This document shows positions 10,038 through 18,967 of a stretch of DNA of 64,000 nucleotides, one piece after another. How positions within the stretch are numbered: position 1 is the first letter of the stretch; each line of letters begins with the position of its first letter. Made by a program: the position numbers and the translations under genes. The stretch comes from a virus: positions 33,457 to 97,456 of IMG/VR virus record IMGVR_UViG_3300021365_000005; one strand, 5' to 3'. The notes beneath the pieces were generated by a model. That model had not been told where the DNA came from. It saw only the letters and a list, made by a program, of their open reading frames with translations, and did not search any database.

Positions 10038-10364
10038 TTACATTGCTGTGCCGCCGCCTTGGCTGTCTTCTATAATAGCGGTCCAAATATAACCATCTTC
10101 TAGTTTTTTCTGGGCTTTCCATCTAAACTGCTCGTTACGACAAGCTTCGATTCGGGCTCTTCGTTTAACAGAAGTTGGTTTGGTATATGTTCGGCGATTC
10201 TTATACTCGTCGATTTTACCAGCTTCTTTTAGATTTTTTTTAAAACTTCTTAATGCACCTTCAAGTGCTGCTGAAGAATCGTCTGGCACCCTTACTCCAG
10301 TTCCACTTTTATCTAGTGTGAAGTCACTTCTTTTATAGCGCTTACGCTTTTTATAATCTTCCAT
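10038..10364 (-). CDS. rpsU: Phage-encoded ribosomal protein bS21, with N- and C-terminal extensions
   Basis: VRV...LEGALRSFKK...G.IDEYKNRR.YTKP..VKRR matches the bS21 core. Confidence 0.9.
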   Translation of the reverse strand: MEDYKKRKRYKRSDFTLDKSGTGVRVPDDSSAALEGALRSFKKNLKEAGKIDEYKNRRTYTKPTSVKRRARIEACRNEQFRWKAQKKLEDGYIWTAIIEDSQGGGTAM

Positions 10365-10389
10365 GTATACTTTATTAATTATTTACTAT

Positions 10390-10422
10390 GTAAATATACA
10401 AAAAAATAGTTGATATAAAAAA
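10390..10422 (-). promoter_or_regulatory. Putative host-type/middle promoter of bS21
   Basis: TTTTTTAT-N16-TATATTTAC. Confidence 0.5.
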
Positions 10423-10439
10423 TTTATTTGGGGTTATTT

Positions 10440-10781
10440 TTAAATAGACCTAAATTTAGGAGATCCTTTTACCGCTTCGTCTTTACCGGAAGCCGTCATC
10501 TGAACTAATAAATACCAATCTTCTTTACCATTAGTTACATAATATGCAGCCCAATCTTCTCCAGAAAAATAGACATCAGCGCCAGTTATATAGCTATCAT
10601 TATCTACACTACCATCTGAAGATTTCTTATCTAATAGAGACTTATACTTACTTGGAAAGTCTTTGAACTCCCATCCACTTTTTTTAAGGTCCTTAGCAAA
10701 TGATGGGAAATCGCTCATTTTTGAGATATCTTTGGGATGTGTATCTGATGATTCGTATAGGAGATTTTTTAATTTTATCAT
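10440..10781 (-). CDS. Putative internal head protein
   Basis: N-terminus MIKLKNLLYE-S shared with neighbours; in the head module. Confidence 0.6.
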   Translation of the reverse strand: MIKLKNLLYESSDTHPKDISKMSDFPSFAKDLKKSGWEFKDFPSKYKSLLDKKSSDGSVDNDSYITGADVYFSGEDWAAYYVTNGKEDWYLLVQMTASGKDEAVKGSPKFRSI

Positions 10782-11071
10782 TATTTTATTTTTTTATTAA
10801 GCCACTTAACACAATATGCAATTAATTCTTTTTTGGCTGGTTTAATATCAGATGGTTCAGTCAGTGGACCTCTACCCCAAGTAAGCCAAGCTTCTTCAAT
10901 AAGTGCTAAACCTGCACCTACATCTCCATCCCCATCAATAGTTTCAACATACTCTTCGTTTATTGGCTCCGATTCCGTTAGAGGATTCCACTTCATTTTC
11001 ATCAATTTAGATGATGGTAGAGTCCCTAGTGCAGAATTCTCTTTTAATATGCCTTTTAATTTTATCATCAT
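10781..11071 (-). CDS. Putative internal head protein (start revised to 11071 or 11068)
   Basis: GGAG SD then MMIKLKGILKE; the upstream part of the tracked ORF overlaps a separate gene. Confidence 0.65.
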   Translation of the reverse strand: MMIKLKGILKENSALGTLPSSKLMKMKWNPLTESEPINEEYVETIDGDGDVGAGLALIEEAWLTWGRGPLTEPSDIKPAKKELIAYCVKWLNKKIK

Positions 11072-11214
11072 TTTTCTCCGAAATATTTTGATCCTTTTTT
11101 GGGTTGCCCTTTTTTTGTAGTTACGTATACTGGGTCGTCGGGTTCGAATTGGGCTTCTAATTCTACTAGCTTTCGTTTCCATTCCTGTACGCTAAATGTT
11201 TTATTTTTACTCAT
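11068..11214 (-). CDS. Small head-module protein (48 aa); not in ORF track
   Basis: MSKNKTFSVQEWKRKLVELEAQFEPDDPVYVTTKKGQPKKGSKYFGEK*; ATGA overlaps on both sides. Confidence 0.7.
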   Translation of the reverse strand: MSKNKTFSVQEWKRKLVELEAQFEPDDPVYVTTKKGQPKKGSKYFGEK

Positions 11215-11471
11215 AGTCCTCTTTCCGAAATGTAGGCATCAATATCTTCAGACCAATCATCCAAGTCAAAGTTTTTATACTTTTTAACACCAGACTTTTT
11301 AATGTCTTTTGCAAGAGATGTTAGGTATGCTTTTTTTTCATGAGGAGTTAAGTTTTCCTTAGCTGCTGCTATGTTAGCAAGCATTAGGACATCTTTCGAG
11401 GAAAGAGCTTCTCCAAGTAAAATACTAGAAATTTCCTCTCGGATTATTTCTTTTAGTCTTTCCTTATTCAT
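11211..11471 (-). CDS. Putative internal head protein
   Basis: MNKERLKEIIREEI...LLGE-A leader. Confidence 0.6.
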   Translation of the reverse strand: MNKERLKEIIREEISSILLGEALSSKDVLMLANIAAAKENLTPHEKKAYLTSLAKDIKKSGVKKYKNFDLDDWSEDIDAYISERGL

Positions 11472-12205
11472 TATGCCTTGCTCACTGAATCTACGTCAAC
11501 AGCCATCCAATCATTATTGCCGCCTTTAAAGCCTGCTTTTGCCTGAACAACTTTCACAGCCTTTTTAATTGCTTCTGCTGGAGTTCTAGCAATTACCTTT
11601 GACACACCACCAAAAGCAACGCCATTTACATTTGACTTTGCAAACTTAACTTTCCATGTGCCAGAGCCTTCTTTAAGAATAGATCCTAGTTTTGTTGATT
11701 CAGTAAATTCTTCTGCATTTTCTTTATCATCCTTATCTACACTTTTAACTGGGAATTCCTTTCCGTCTACAGTAAACTCGTCTTCGTCATTAGCTATTGC
11801 TTTTGCTCTTTCAGCTCCAAATGCATTACCTTCTGAAATCTCATAATACTTACCTAGCTTGTGGCCCATGTCTTCATAAACAGACTCAAGTCGCTGTTGA
11901 AGTGCGGATAGTTCTCTTGCTGTTTTTTCAAACAACTTAACAGAAGATGCTACTTCATTCATATCACGCTTAACAGTTACAGAATCAAACCAATCGTCGG
12001 TTTCTTGAAGAGCTAGTTGTGTAGCTCCTTCAGACATTTTAACTATGGCTTCAACCATTTCTTTAATTTCTTCGGTTCTATAGATTTTAGATCCAAACTC
12101 GTTGAATGAAGAAACAGATTTAATAATATCTTGTTTTGCTTCTTTTGTTAAGTGCCTTGCTAGGCGATCCTTATTATTCTCGTATAGAAGATTTTTTAAT
12201 TTCAT
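11471..12205 (-). CDS. Putative prohead core/internal protein
   Basis: MKLKNLLYE leader, coiled coil, internal ISE-G, FTE-S and LKE-G sites. Confidence 0.6.
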   Translation of the reverse strand: MKLKNLLYENNKDRLARHLTKEAKQDIIKSVSSFNEFGSKIYRTEEIKEMVEAIVKMSEGATQLALQETDDWFDSVTVKRDMNEVASSVKLFEKTARELSALQQRLESVYEDMGHKLGKYYEISEGNAFGAERAKAIANDEDEFTVDGKEFPVKSVDKDDKENAEEFTESTKLGSILKEGSGTWKVKFAKSNVNGVAFGGVSKVIARTPAEAIKKAVKVVQAKAGFKGGNNDWMAVDVDSVSKA

Positions 12206-12208
12206 GGG

Positions 12209-12841
12209 TTATCTCTTGTTTGGAAGTGCACAGACACACGTTAAGTCACAAAGGACTTCATTTATTATAGTATTAACCCTATCGTACTTATTTAAGGGTA
12301 TTAGTTTATTATTTACAGATTCATTAATTGCAGGAGTCATAAATGCTCCATGGGTAGATGGGTTGCTTACAAAGTCCCAACACACTAATTCAAAGTCGTC
12401 TTGAACTTCTACACCAGCTGCAGATTCTTTTACCGAACCTAGACCTCTTGAGCTAATGCCTAATAGGATGCCAGCTTTTAGAAGTTCTTTTAAAATGTTT
12501 CCTGATGGTGTGCTAAGTACTTCTACTTCACCCATTAGGTCGTTATTTTTCCACCAGATTTTTCTAATGTTATGGGAAACATTGGCCAGGTTAACCACCG
12601 AAGAGTCTGGATGGTCTAGTTCACCAAGTGCTCGGTTTTGAGTTATAAATTGTTGATCATACTTTTTGGCTTCACGTTCTAGTACTGGACGTGGGTATAC
12701 CCTGCCGTTTTGATTTTCAGCACCTGCTCTTTGAAGAATTCCCTTTACAATTACCCTACCACCATTTTTGGCTTCAGACTCATTAATCATTTGGGGTGAA
12801 ATTTTAAATATATTATAATCAACCAGTAATTGTTTAGTCAT
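12209..12841 (-). CDS. gp21: Prohead core protease (T4 gp21-like); start revised to 12841
   Basis: NQNGRVYP, ALGELDHP, TPSG, GISSRGLGS, DFVSNPS. Confidence 0.95.
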   Translation of the reverse strand: MTKQLLVDYNIFKISPQMINESEAKNGGRVIVKGILQRAGAENQNGRVYPRPVLEREAKKYDQQFITQNRALGELDHPDSSVVNLANVSHNIRKIWWKNNDLMGEVEVLSTPSGNILKELLKAGILLGISSRGLGSVKESAAGVEVQDDFELVCWDFVSNPSTHGAFMTPAINESVNNKLIPLNKYDRVNTIINEVLCDLTCVCALPNKR

Positions 12842-12984
12842 TAGTTGCTCCAAGTTGACTTTTTACGATATAGATCAAAAAAGATTTTTGCAACTTCTTT
12901 TCTGATTACAGCTCTTATTATTGAAATGTCATCAGGGGTTAAATTTTCAGTAATGACTTTGTTGTTGGGCTTTTGGGTTGGCAT
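12841..12984 (-). CDS. Small head-module protein (47 aa); not in ORF track
   Basis: MPTQKPNNKVITENLTPDDISIIRAVIRKEVAKIFFDLYRKKSTWSN*; TAATG coupling at both ends. Confidence 0.75.
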   Translation of the reverse strand: MPTQKPNNKVITENLTPDDISIIRAVIRKEVAKIFFDLYRKKSTWSN

Positions 12985-13412
12985 TAGAATTTCCTTAATT
13001 TTTCTGAAATGCCAGACATTCTTTCTGCTATTTTGTATAGAGTTTTTCTAGTGCTTTTCCAATACTTTCCTCTATCAACTCCAGTTTCAGTTTTAAGCTT
13101 TATATTGTTAGTAAGGATTTTATCAATTTCTTTAAGCTTTCCTGCAATCTCTTTAATAGCTCTATTTACTTTTTGCTTGGGAGTAGCAGTCTCGTCTTTT
13201 TTATATGCTCTATAACTAGTTTCACCTAGCATAATTTTAGAAGCTTTTACGAATGTAGACTCTTCGACTTTTTCATAGCCATTTTTTTCAACATCCTCAT
13301 CATCAAGCTCACCAAATGCATAAGGGGTATTATAAGCTTCACCAGCTCCAGTAGAATTGGTTTCGTCCATAATGTCTTTGATCAATTCTTCAAGTTGGCT
13401 ATTTAACGACAC
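12984..13412 (-). CDS. Head-module hypothetical protein
   Basis: IMDE-TNSTG..Y.TP.AF motif; between portal and protease. Confidence 0.6.
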   Translation of the reverse strand: MSLNSQLEELIKDIMDETNSTGAGEAYNTPYAFGELDDEDVEKNGYEKVEESTFVKASKIMLGETSYRAYKKDETATPKQKVNRAIKEIAGKLKEIDKILTNNIKLKTETGVDRGKYWKSTRKTLYKIAERMSGISEKLRKF

Positions 13413-14259
13413 GATTTAACTCCTGGGCTAGTTCGTGGGCTCTCATTATAGAAAGTACTTGCTCGTCTTTAATTATTTTCGATTCATTAATAGCCAATAA
13501 CTGAACTATAACTTCTTGAAGCTTTACTTTGATTACTTTGTCTTCGACTTTTGGAAGGTTGGCTCTTAAAGATTTTGTTATTTTGCTAGTAGCTGACTGG
13601 ACATGCTCTTTAAGTTTTCCAGTATTAGAAACATTATTGATATAATTTTTTAATAGGTTTTTTTGGCCTTTATTTAATCCATTATACTTAGAATTAAACT
13701 TTTCTAAAAGAATATTGTATGTTAGCAAACGAACATCTTCAGATTCTGTTTTATAAGTTTCTAAAAGTTTGTCACTTTTGCGGGCTTTAGATTTGGGCTT
13801 AAAAATATGCTCGACTAAAGTATTTCTTGAAGTCATCGTTTTTAAAGGGGACTTAGACTTCATTAAATTCATTTCAAACAAGTTGTATATAGAAGCATTG
13901 ACTTTATAGTCGGATATTTTAGTTGAAAAAAATAGATCTAAATCATAAGTGTTTTTTATTTCACGAATTAAATTATACTTTTCAGACTTAAGCTTTGGTT
14001 GGCTTAGGTTTTTATGCTCTACCAAAACAATATCAACAAATTTATTTGCTTTGGCTTCTGAAGTCATTGCTTCTGTTTTAAGCATTTGATAGTAGTTTAG
14101 CTCTTTTTTAAGCAAAGAAGGTCCACTAAAAAACTTTTTAACTATATTTGCAGCCGGAGAATTGTCTACAGCATTAATAGCATCATTTGTTATCTGTCTT
14201 ACCAGTAACTCGAACAATACGCCTGTATTTTTAAATTTTGAATGTTTTACTTTACTCAT
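13399..14259 (-). CDS. Head-module hypothetical protein (possible prohead core component)
   Basis: Basic helical 286-aa protein directly downstream of the portal. Confidence 0.6.
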   Translation of the reverse strand: MSKVKHSKFKNTGVLFELLVRQITNDAINAVDNSPAANIVKKFFSGPSLLKKELNYYQMLKTEAMTSEAKANKFVDIVLVEHKNLSQPKLKSEKYNLIREIKNTYDLDLFFSTKISDYKVNASIYNLFEMNLMKSKSPLKTMTSRNTLVEHIFKPKSKARKSDKLLETYKTESEDVRLLTYNILLEKFNSKYNGLNKGQKNLLKNYINNVSNTGKLKEHVQSATSKITKSLRANLPKVEDKVIKVKLQEVIVQLLAINESKIIKDEQVLSIMRAHELAQELNRVVK

Positions 14260-14291
14260 ATTATTTCCACGATGGGTTTCGATGCATCACT

Positions 14292-14299
14292 AATAAATA
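14292..14299 (-). promoter_or_regulatory. Putative late promoter variant TATTTATT
   Basis: GATATTTATT in the gap upstream of 14259. Confidence 0.55.
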
Positions 14300-14309
14300 T
14301 CTATATATT

Positions 14310-16103
14310 CTATAAAGAGTTATCATCCATTATATTATTTTCACTAAGTAGGTTTTGGCGTTTAGACTTGGCTAATCCTTTTTCATCTAGAGATTTTATA
14401 AAGTTTTCTCTATTAACAGATCTAGTTTCCTTTCCTAATGGGTCTCGGCCTCTTGCTGAGTTTTGGGATACTCCATACTTTGGAGATTTTTTTGGCCTAC
14501 CACCTTCTGTCCCAAATTCTTCGTCGGTTTTAGCAGGGGCACCTTCAGGAGGGCCATCTGACTCTTCTGCGTCTATTGTTGCCAATGCATGAGGGGTTCC
14601 TAGGGTTTCTTGAGATTTAGATGGATCGTTACCTTCCATTTCGATTTGAGACTTTCTAAATGCTTGTTTAGTATCTTCTATTACACCTTCACGTTCACCT
14701 TCTACATCTTCGGAGTTAAGACCAAATACATTTTCATAGATCCAAGATTCTGAAAGCATTTTATTGCTTTTCATAGATTCTGCTAGGTCGACTTTAGATG
14801 ACCATAGTTCCATTTTTTCTTGTTCGGCAATTGTTGACGGATTAGATAATGTTAGTTTAAAGTCTACTAGATCGGCATCTGTATATCCCTGAGAATATAA
14901 ATGGACTATAGCTATTTTGGTTAATTCTGAAACGAATATTTTTTGAAGTCTTTCTATTGTTCTAGCAAATCGAACATCTTCAGCTGCTAACGTAGCTTTT
15001 TCGCCTAGGTTTTCATCATAGCCTAAAAATGCTTTTGGTATTTTTAAAGCAGCAAACATACGATTTCTTAAATATTCAATATCATCGATACCTCCAAAGT
15101 CCATACCAGATAAAGAATCGATTTCAGTTCCAGATTGACCACCTCTAACCGGAAGGAAAAAGTCCTCCATCATATTTTGCATGTTAAATTCTAAATTATA
15201 TTGTCCGGTTGCAGGATCTACAAAAGGAGTTTTTTTCATGCTATCAATAATTCTTTTCATATAGTTGTCAACTTCTGCAGGAGGAATATTTCCGATGTCG
15301 ATTTTAAATACTCTTTTTTCAGGAGCTCTCATGATTCTATGGATCATCATCGCATCTTCCATAAGAGTTAACTGTTTCCAGTTTTTGCGGGCTCCTTCTA
15401 TCATTGACTTACCATATGGGATAAAATTAGCATCACTTAATAGTCTAAAGTGTGCTATTTCATAATTATCATATTCATCTTGCTCTCTATTAACAGCACC
15501 GCCATACTGAGAAGCCCCTGCCATAGAAGGGTCGTGTACAAATTTAACAAGTTCTGGGTTTGAAGGATCTTCGCCGTCAATACGAACCATTTCGTAAGTT
15601 GACATAGGATGAACACCAGTAACTCCATACTTTTCAGTAATATCTAGCTTAAGATAAAAGTCCCCATACTTGCACATGTTTCTAATCCATGGCCACAAAT
15701 TAAATTCAATATTTAATACGTCATAAAAAAGGTTGTTTAGTATTTTTTCAACTTCTGAATTAGTGCTAGTGATTTCTAAAACATTTCCAAATTCATTTTT
15801 TAATGTTGACTCGTCTGCATAAATATCTAATGCTGAAGATATGATTGAATCTTCATCCATTAACTCATAGTCTGTAAATAGTTGCATTCGAATAGCATGA
15901 TAATTTGTATGAATTCCTCTACCTTCGCCACGTTGAGCTTGGTATAAGCGATTAAACCTATCAACCAACCTATTAGAAGCTAGGTCTGAACCTGCCTGTA
16001 TTTTATTAATGTCAACAACTTTAAGACCTTTATCAGCCCTTTGGATAATTGTTGAAGTAGAAAATAATGTTCTTAATCTACCAAAAAATGATTTATCGTT
16101 CAT
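14310..16103 (-). CDS. gp20: Portal vertex protein (T4 gp20-like)
   Basis: LMEDAM.I.RI.RAPEKRVF.ID.GN.P, EDFFLP.RGG..GTEI..L.G, ALKIP. Confidence 0.96.
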   Translation of the reverse strand: MNDKSFFGRLRTLFSTSTIIQRADKGLKVVDINKIQAGSDLASNRLVDRFNRLYQAQRGEGRGIHTNYHAIRMQLFTDYELMDEDSIISSALDIYADESTLKNEFGNVLEITSTNSEVEKILNNLFYDVLNIEFNLWPWIRNMCKYGDFYLKLDITEKYGVTGVHPMSTYEMVRIDGEDPSNPELVKFVHDPSMAGASQYGGAVNREQDEYDNYEIAHFRLLSDANFIPYGKSMIEGARKNWKQLTLMEDAMMIHRIMRAPEKRVFKIDIGNIPPAEVDNYMKRIIDSMKKTPFVDPATGQYNLEFNMQNMMEDFFLPVRGGQSGTEIDSLSGMDFGGIDDIEYLRNRMFAALKIPKAFLGYDENLGEKATLAAEDVRFARTIERLQKIFVSELTKIAIVHLYSQGYTDADLVDFKLTLSNPSTIAEQEKMELWSSKVDLAESMKSNKMLSESWIYENVFGLNSEDVEGEREGVIEDTKQAFRKSQIEMEGNDPSKSQETLGTPHALATIDAEESDGPPEGAPAKTDEEFGTEGGRPKKSPKYGVSQNSARGRDPLGKETRSVNRENFIKSLDEKGLAKSKRQNLLSENNIMDDNSL

Positions 16104-16114
16104 TTGAATTCCTT

Positions 16115-17689
16115 CTATAGTAGCCAGGTAAGATCTTCATCCTTTCCGGCGATATTTTGTTTCCAAGCATTAGTGCCAGGACCTGTTGCATTACTGTAAA
16201 ACCCAGTTCTACCTATATGATCCATAGCACTTCTATTTAATTCAAGACCTTCATTTCTAAGTTTCAATGCAGAATCTCTAACAAATAGCCCAATGGCAAA
16301 TGCCATTACAAGATCATCATTATAACCACGTTGAGCTTCAGGTCTTGAACCGTTCCAAATAAAAACGAATAACTCTTCTAACAATCTAGAAGACCTTACT
16401 GTACAAGCTTTCTCTCTAAAATAAATATCAAGTTTTGATATTAGGAGTGGTCTTGTTCTAGATGTTGTTGAAAATCCTGGGGTCATTTGAGATCGGTCTT
16501 TTAAATCATAACCTTTAGACAATTGGGTTGCTGCATCAACTACTCCTTCATGTTTATAAGTGTAGTATAAATTTTTATAACCTCTGTCTATTGATGGCTG
16601 CAGTGCTGCCCATCCGACATTATCGTTTTCTACAATTAATAAGGCTTCATTATATTCTGTAGCGACATTAACTAGCATGTTTCCAAATTCTTTCGTACCG
16701 ATCTGGGCTTTATACTCTGCCACTTGTGTTACCGAATCTACATCCATTATATGGAAAGTTGAAAAATCACTCCCGTCGCCTCGAGCTACATCTGCTACTA
16801 CAATATAGCTTTTTGTATAATCAGGCCTTTCCCATATTTGGAATTCTCCGGCTACTCCTCTAGTTTCAATAGGAGGCAAAGCCATATTTTCTTTATACCA
16901 CTCTAGGAGCTCTCCGGAAATTACAGAGTTACCAGAAGTAATAAAGTCACAGTCACATTCTTGGGCAGCATGTTTAGCCCCAAGAAGTTCGTCTTGTTCG
17001 TCTCTCCAAGGTTGATGTCTTTCTGGATGGACCGACCAATGCAGTCTTATAGTATTGAATTTATTATTGGGCTCTTCTGCTTTTACCCATGTTTTATGGA
17101 AAAAATTACCAGTACCATTTGGAGTTGACAAAATAATTGCTTTACCCCCTGTTGCTAGGGTTTGTTGAGAGGATGCCCAGATTTCATCGATTTTATCAAT
17201 AAAGGCTGCCTCATCCATAACCAATAAAGACAGGGCTTCAGATCTACCAGCATCACCAGCAGCAGATACAGCTTTAATTTGTGATCCATTTTCAAATCTT
17301 AAAGATAGTTTGTTATCTTCCGACGCTGCATTTTTTAGCCATGAAGGAAGATAGTGATGCATAACCCTGACTTTAGTAACCAGGTTTTTAGCAACTTCTT
17401 GCTTTGTAGCAATAACTAATGTGTTGAAATCCTCATTAAATGTCATAGCCCAAAGAGCATAACCAGCGGTTAGAGTTGATATCCCCAACTGTCTAGATTT
17501 TAGAATAATATTGTAGTCGTAGTCTTTAAATTCTGTTAAAGATTTTTCTTGAAAAGGAAAAAGATTAAATAGGATTTTACCTCTAGTTGGATGTTGGATA
17601 TAGCAATACTTTCTCATAAAGTGTACTGGATCCTTTGCACACAGCTGATACTCGTCCGCAATGATTTGTTTTATTGTTTTCTTTGCCAT
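16115..17689 (-). CDS. gp17: Terminase large subunit (T4 gp17-like)
   Basis: KSRQLG.ST, DEAAF, STPNG, DVARG and DDLVMA motifs. Confidence 0.96.
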   Translation of the reverse strand: MAKKTIKQIIADEYQLCAKDPVHFMRKYCYIQHPTRGKILFNLFPFQEKSLTEFKDYDYNIILKSRQLGISTLTAGYALWAMTFNEDFNTLVIATKQEVAKNLVTKVRVMHHYLPSWLKNAASEDNKLSLRFENGSQIKAVSAAGDAGRSEALSLLVMDEAAFIDKIDEIWASSQQTLATGGKAIILSTPNGTGNFFHKTWVKAEEPNNKFNTIRLHWSVHPERHQPWRDEQDELLGAKHAAQECDCDFITSGNSVISGELLEWYKENMALPPIETRGVAGEFQIWERPDYTKSYIVVADVARGDGSDFSTFHIMDVDSVTQVAEYKAQIGTKEFGNMLVNVATEYNEALLIVENDNVGWAALQPSIDRGYKNLYYTYKHEGVVDAATQLSKGYDLKDRSQMTPGFSTTSRTRPLLISKLDIYFREKACTVRSSRLLEELFVFIWNGSRPEAQRGYNDDLVMAFAIGLFVRDSALKLRNEGLELNRSAMDHIGRTGFYSNATGPGTNAWKQNIAGKDEDLTWLL

Positions 17690-17697
17690 AACCTATA

Positions 17698-17705
17698 TAT
17701 AAATA
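17698..17705 (-). promoter_or_regulatory. Putative late promoter TATTTATA
   Basis: 8 nt upstream of the terminase ATG. Confidence 0.6.
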
Positions 17706-17710
17706 TATAC

Positions 17711-18091
17711 TTACTCTGGTAAAGTGTACCCTACAACATGAATAAGACCTATTGTTCCTAATACCCCTAAAACTACCCCGAAAGGCCTTTTATCATACCA
17801 TTTATCAACTTTATTAAGTCTATCATCATATAGTTGAATCTGGCTTTCTAATAGAGTAATTTGCTCTTGCTTATATGCAATAACCAAGCTATCTTGTTTA
17901 ATAATAGTTTCAAAAAATTTAATTTCAGATTCTAAACTAATTATTATTAAATTGTTTATAGAATCCTGCTCAACTAAAGTGTCTATAGCTTCGATTATAC
18001 CATCAAGCTCGACTTGAGGTACTGGTATTGTGTCTTGAGCCGAAGTGGCAAATGACAACATGGTTAAGAATAGTACTAATATTAATCTCAT
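17711..18091 (-). CDS. Exported coiled-coil protein with C-terminal TM segment (candidate lysis accessory)
   Basis: Signal peptide ending TSA-QD, coiled coil, hydrophobic C-terminus. Confidence 0.55.
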   Translation of the reverse strand: MRLILVLFLTMLSFATSAQDTIPVPQVELDGIIEAIDTLVEQDSINNLIIISLESEIKFFETIIKQDSLVIAYKQEQITLLESQIQLYDDRLNKVDKWYDKRPFGVVLGVLGTIGLIHVVGYTLPE

Positions 18092-18399
18092 TTCTTTTTA
18101 GACTTGTATTTGGCTTTAAAATTTTTAGCGGTAGATTTAGCTTTAGTTGTAGGTTTCTTTTTTGCTTTTGCTTGGGCTGTTTTAACTTTTGCTTTTTTTA
18201 GTTTTGTTTTAGTAACCTTTTTTTCAGCAATAACTTTTTCAGTTTTTTCTTTGGTAGCTTTAACTGCTTTTTTAGAGGCTTTTACGTCTTCTTTAAACTT
18301 TTTTTTGGATGCAGATTTTTTATTACTTGCAAATAACATTGTAAGAACGGCAGCAATTGAAGCTCCTACAATTAACACAAACTTAAATATTTTTTTCAT
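18088..18399 (-). CDS. Membrane-anchored Lys-rich protein
   Basis: N-terminal TM helix then a K/A/T-rich tail; 4-nt overlap with the downstream gene. Confidence 0.6.
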   Translation of the reverse strand: MKKIFKFVLIVGASIAAVLTMLFASNKKSASKKKFKEDVKASKKAVKATKEKTEKVIAEKKVTKTKLKKAKVKTAQAKAKKKPTTKAKSTAKNFKAKYKSKKK

Positions 18400-18409
18400 A
18401 ACATATTTC

Positions 18410-18967
18410 CTATTTAGATTTTAAATCTTTTTTTATTTTATTAACTTGGGTATCAAATTCTTTTTTTAGAGTTTCTTTAGATTTACCTCCCGACCAGTCT
18501 TCAATATCTCCTGCTTCAGTAATATAAGACTTGCTATTTATTGTAGTTAGCCAATCATAATATTCTTCGGTTTTATCCTTTAGCCATGCTTCATTATCAG
18601 ACTTTGACAGCTCTTTTGCAAATTCTTCAAATTTACCAGCGGCTTTAAGTTCATTTTCAAATTTATAAACACAATTAAAGCACATGCCAAATTTTTTATA
18701 CATAGCTTTGTAGGCATGGTGTTGCATTCTAGGATCTCCACACTTTGGGCACTCCATAGGAACCTTTATAGCTTCTCTAGCAGCATCTAGTTTAGATACT
18801 GTTTGTCGAATACCATTTTTTATAGTCCAGGTTTTACCTTTAATTTCCCAAGTATCACCTTCTGATCTAACGATTCTTTTTTTACCATAACCAGTTGAAA
18901 CTTTTGTTTTGTTTGAGGCATTCCCGGAAACCAGGTTCCTCATTCTTTGTATTCCTTTTTTATCCAT
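18410..18967 (-). CDS. Hypothetical protein with Zn-finger
   Basis: CPKC...CFNC. Confidence 0.65.
   Translation of the reverse strand: MDKKGIQRMRNLVSGNASNKTKVSTGYGKKRIVRSEGDTWEIKGKTWTIKNGIRQTVSKLDAAREAIKVPMECPKCGDPRMQHHAYKAMYKKFGMCFNCVYKFENELKAAGKFEEFAKELSKSDNEAWLKDKTEEYYDWLTTINSKSYITEAGDIEDWSGGKSKETLKKEFDTQVNKIKKDLKSK

Noticed and set aside
11072-11182. N-terminal extension METKASRIRSP... of ORF 10781..11182
   Set aside because: It overlaps a better-coupled gene (11068..11214); the SD and shared leader indicate a start at 11071 or 11068.
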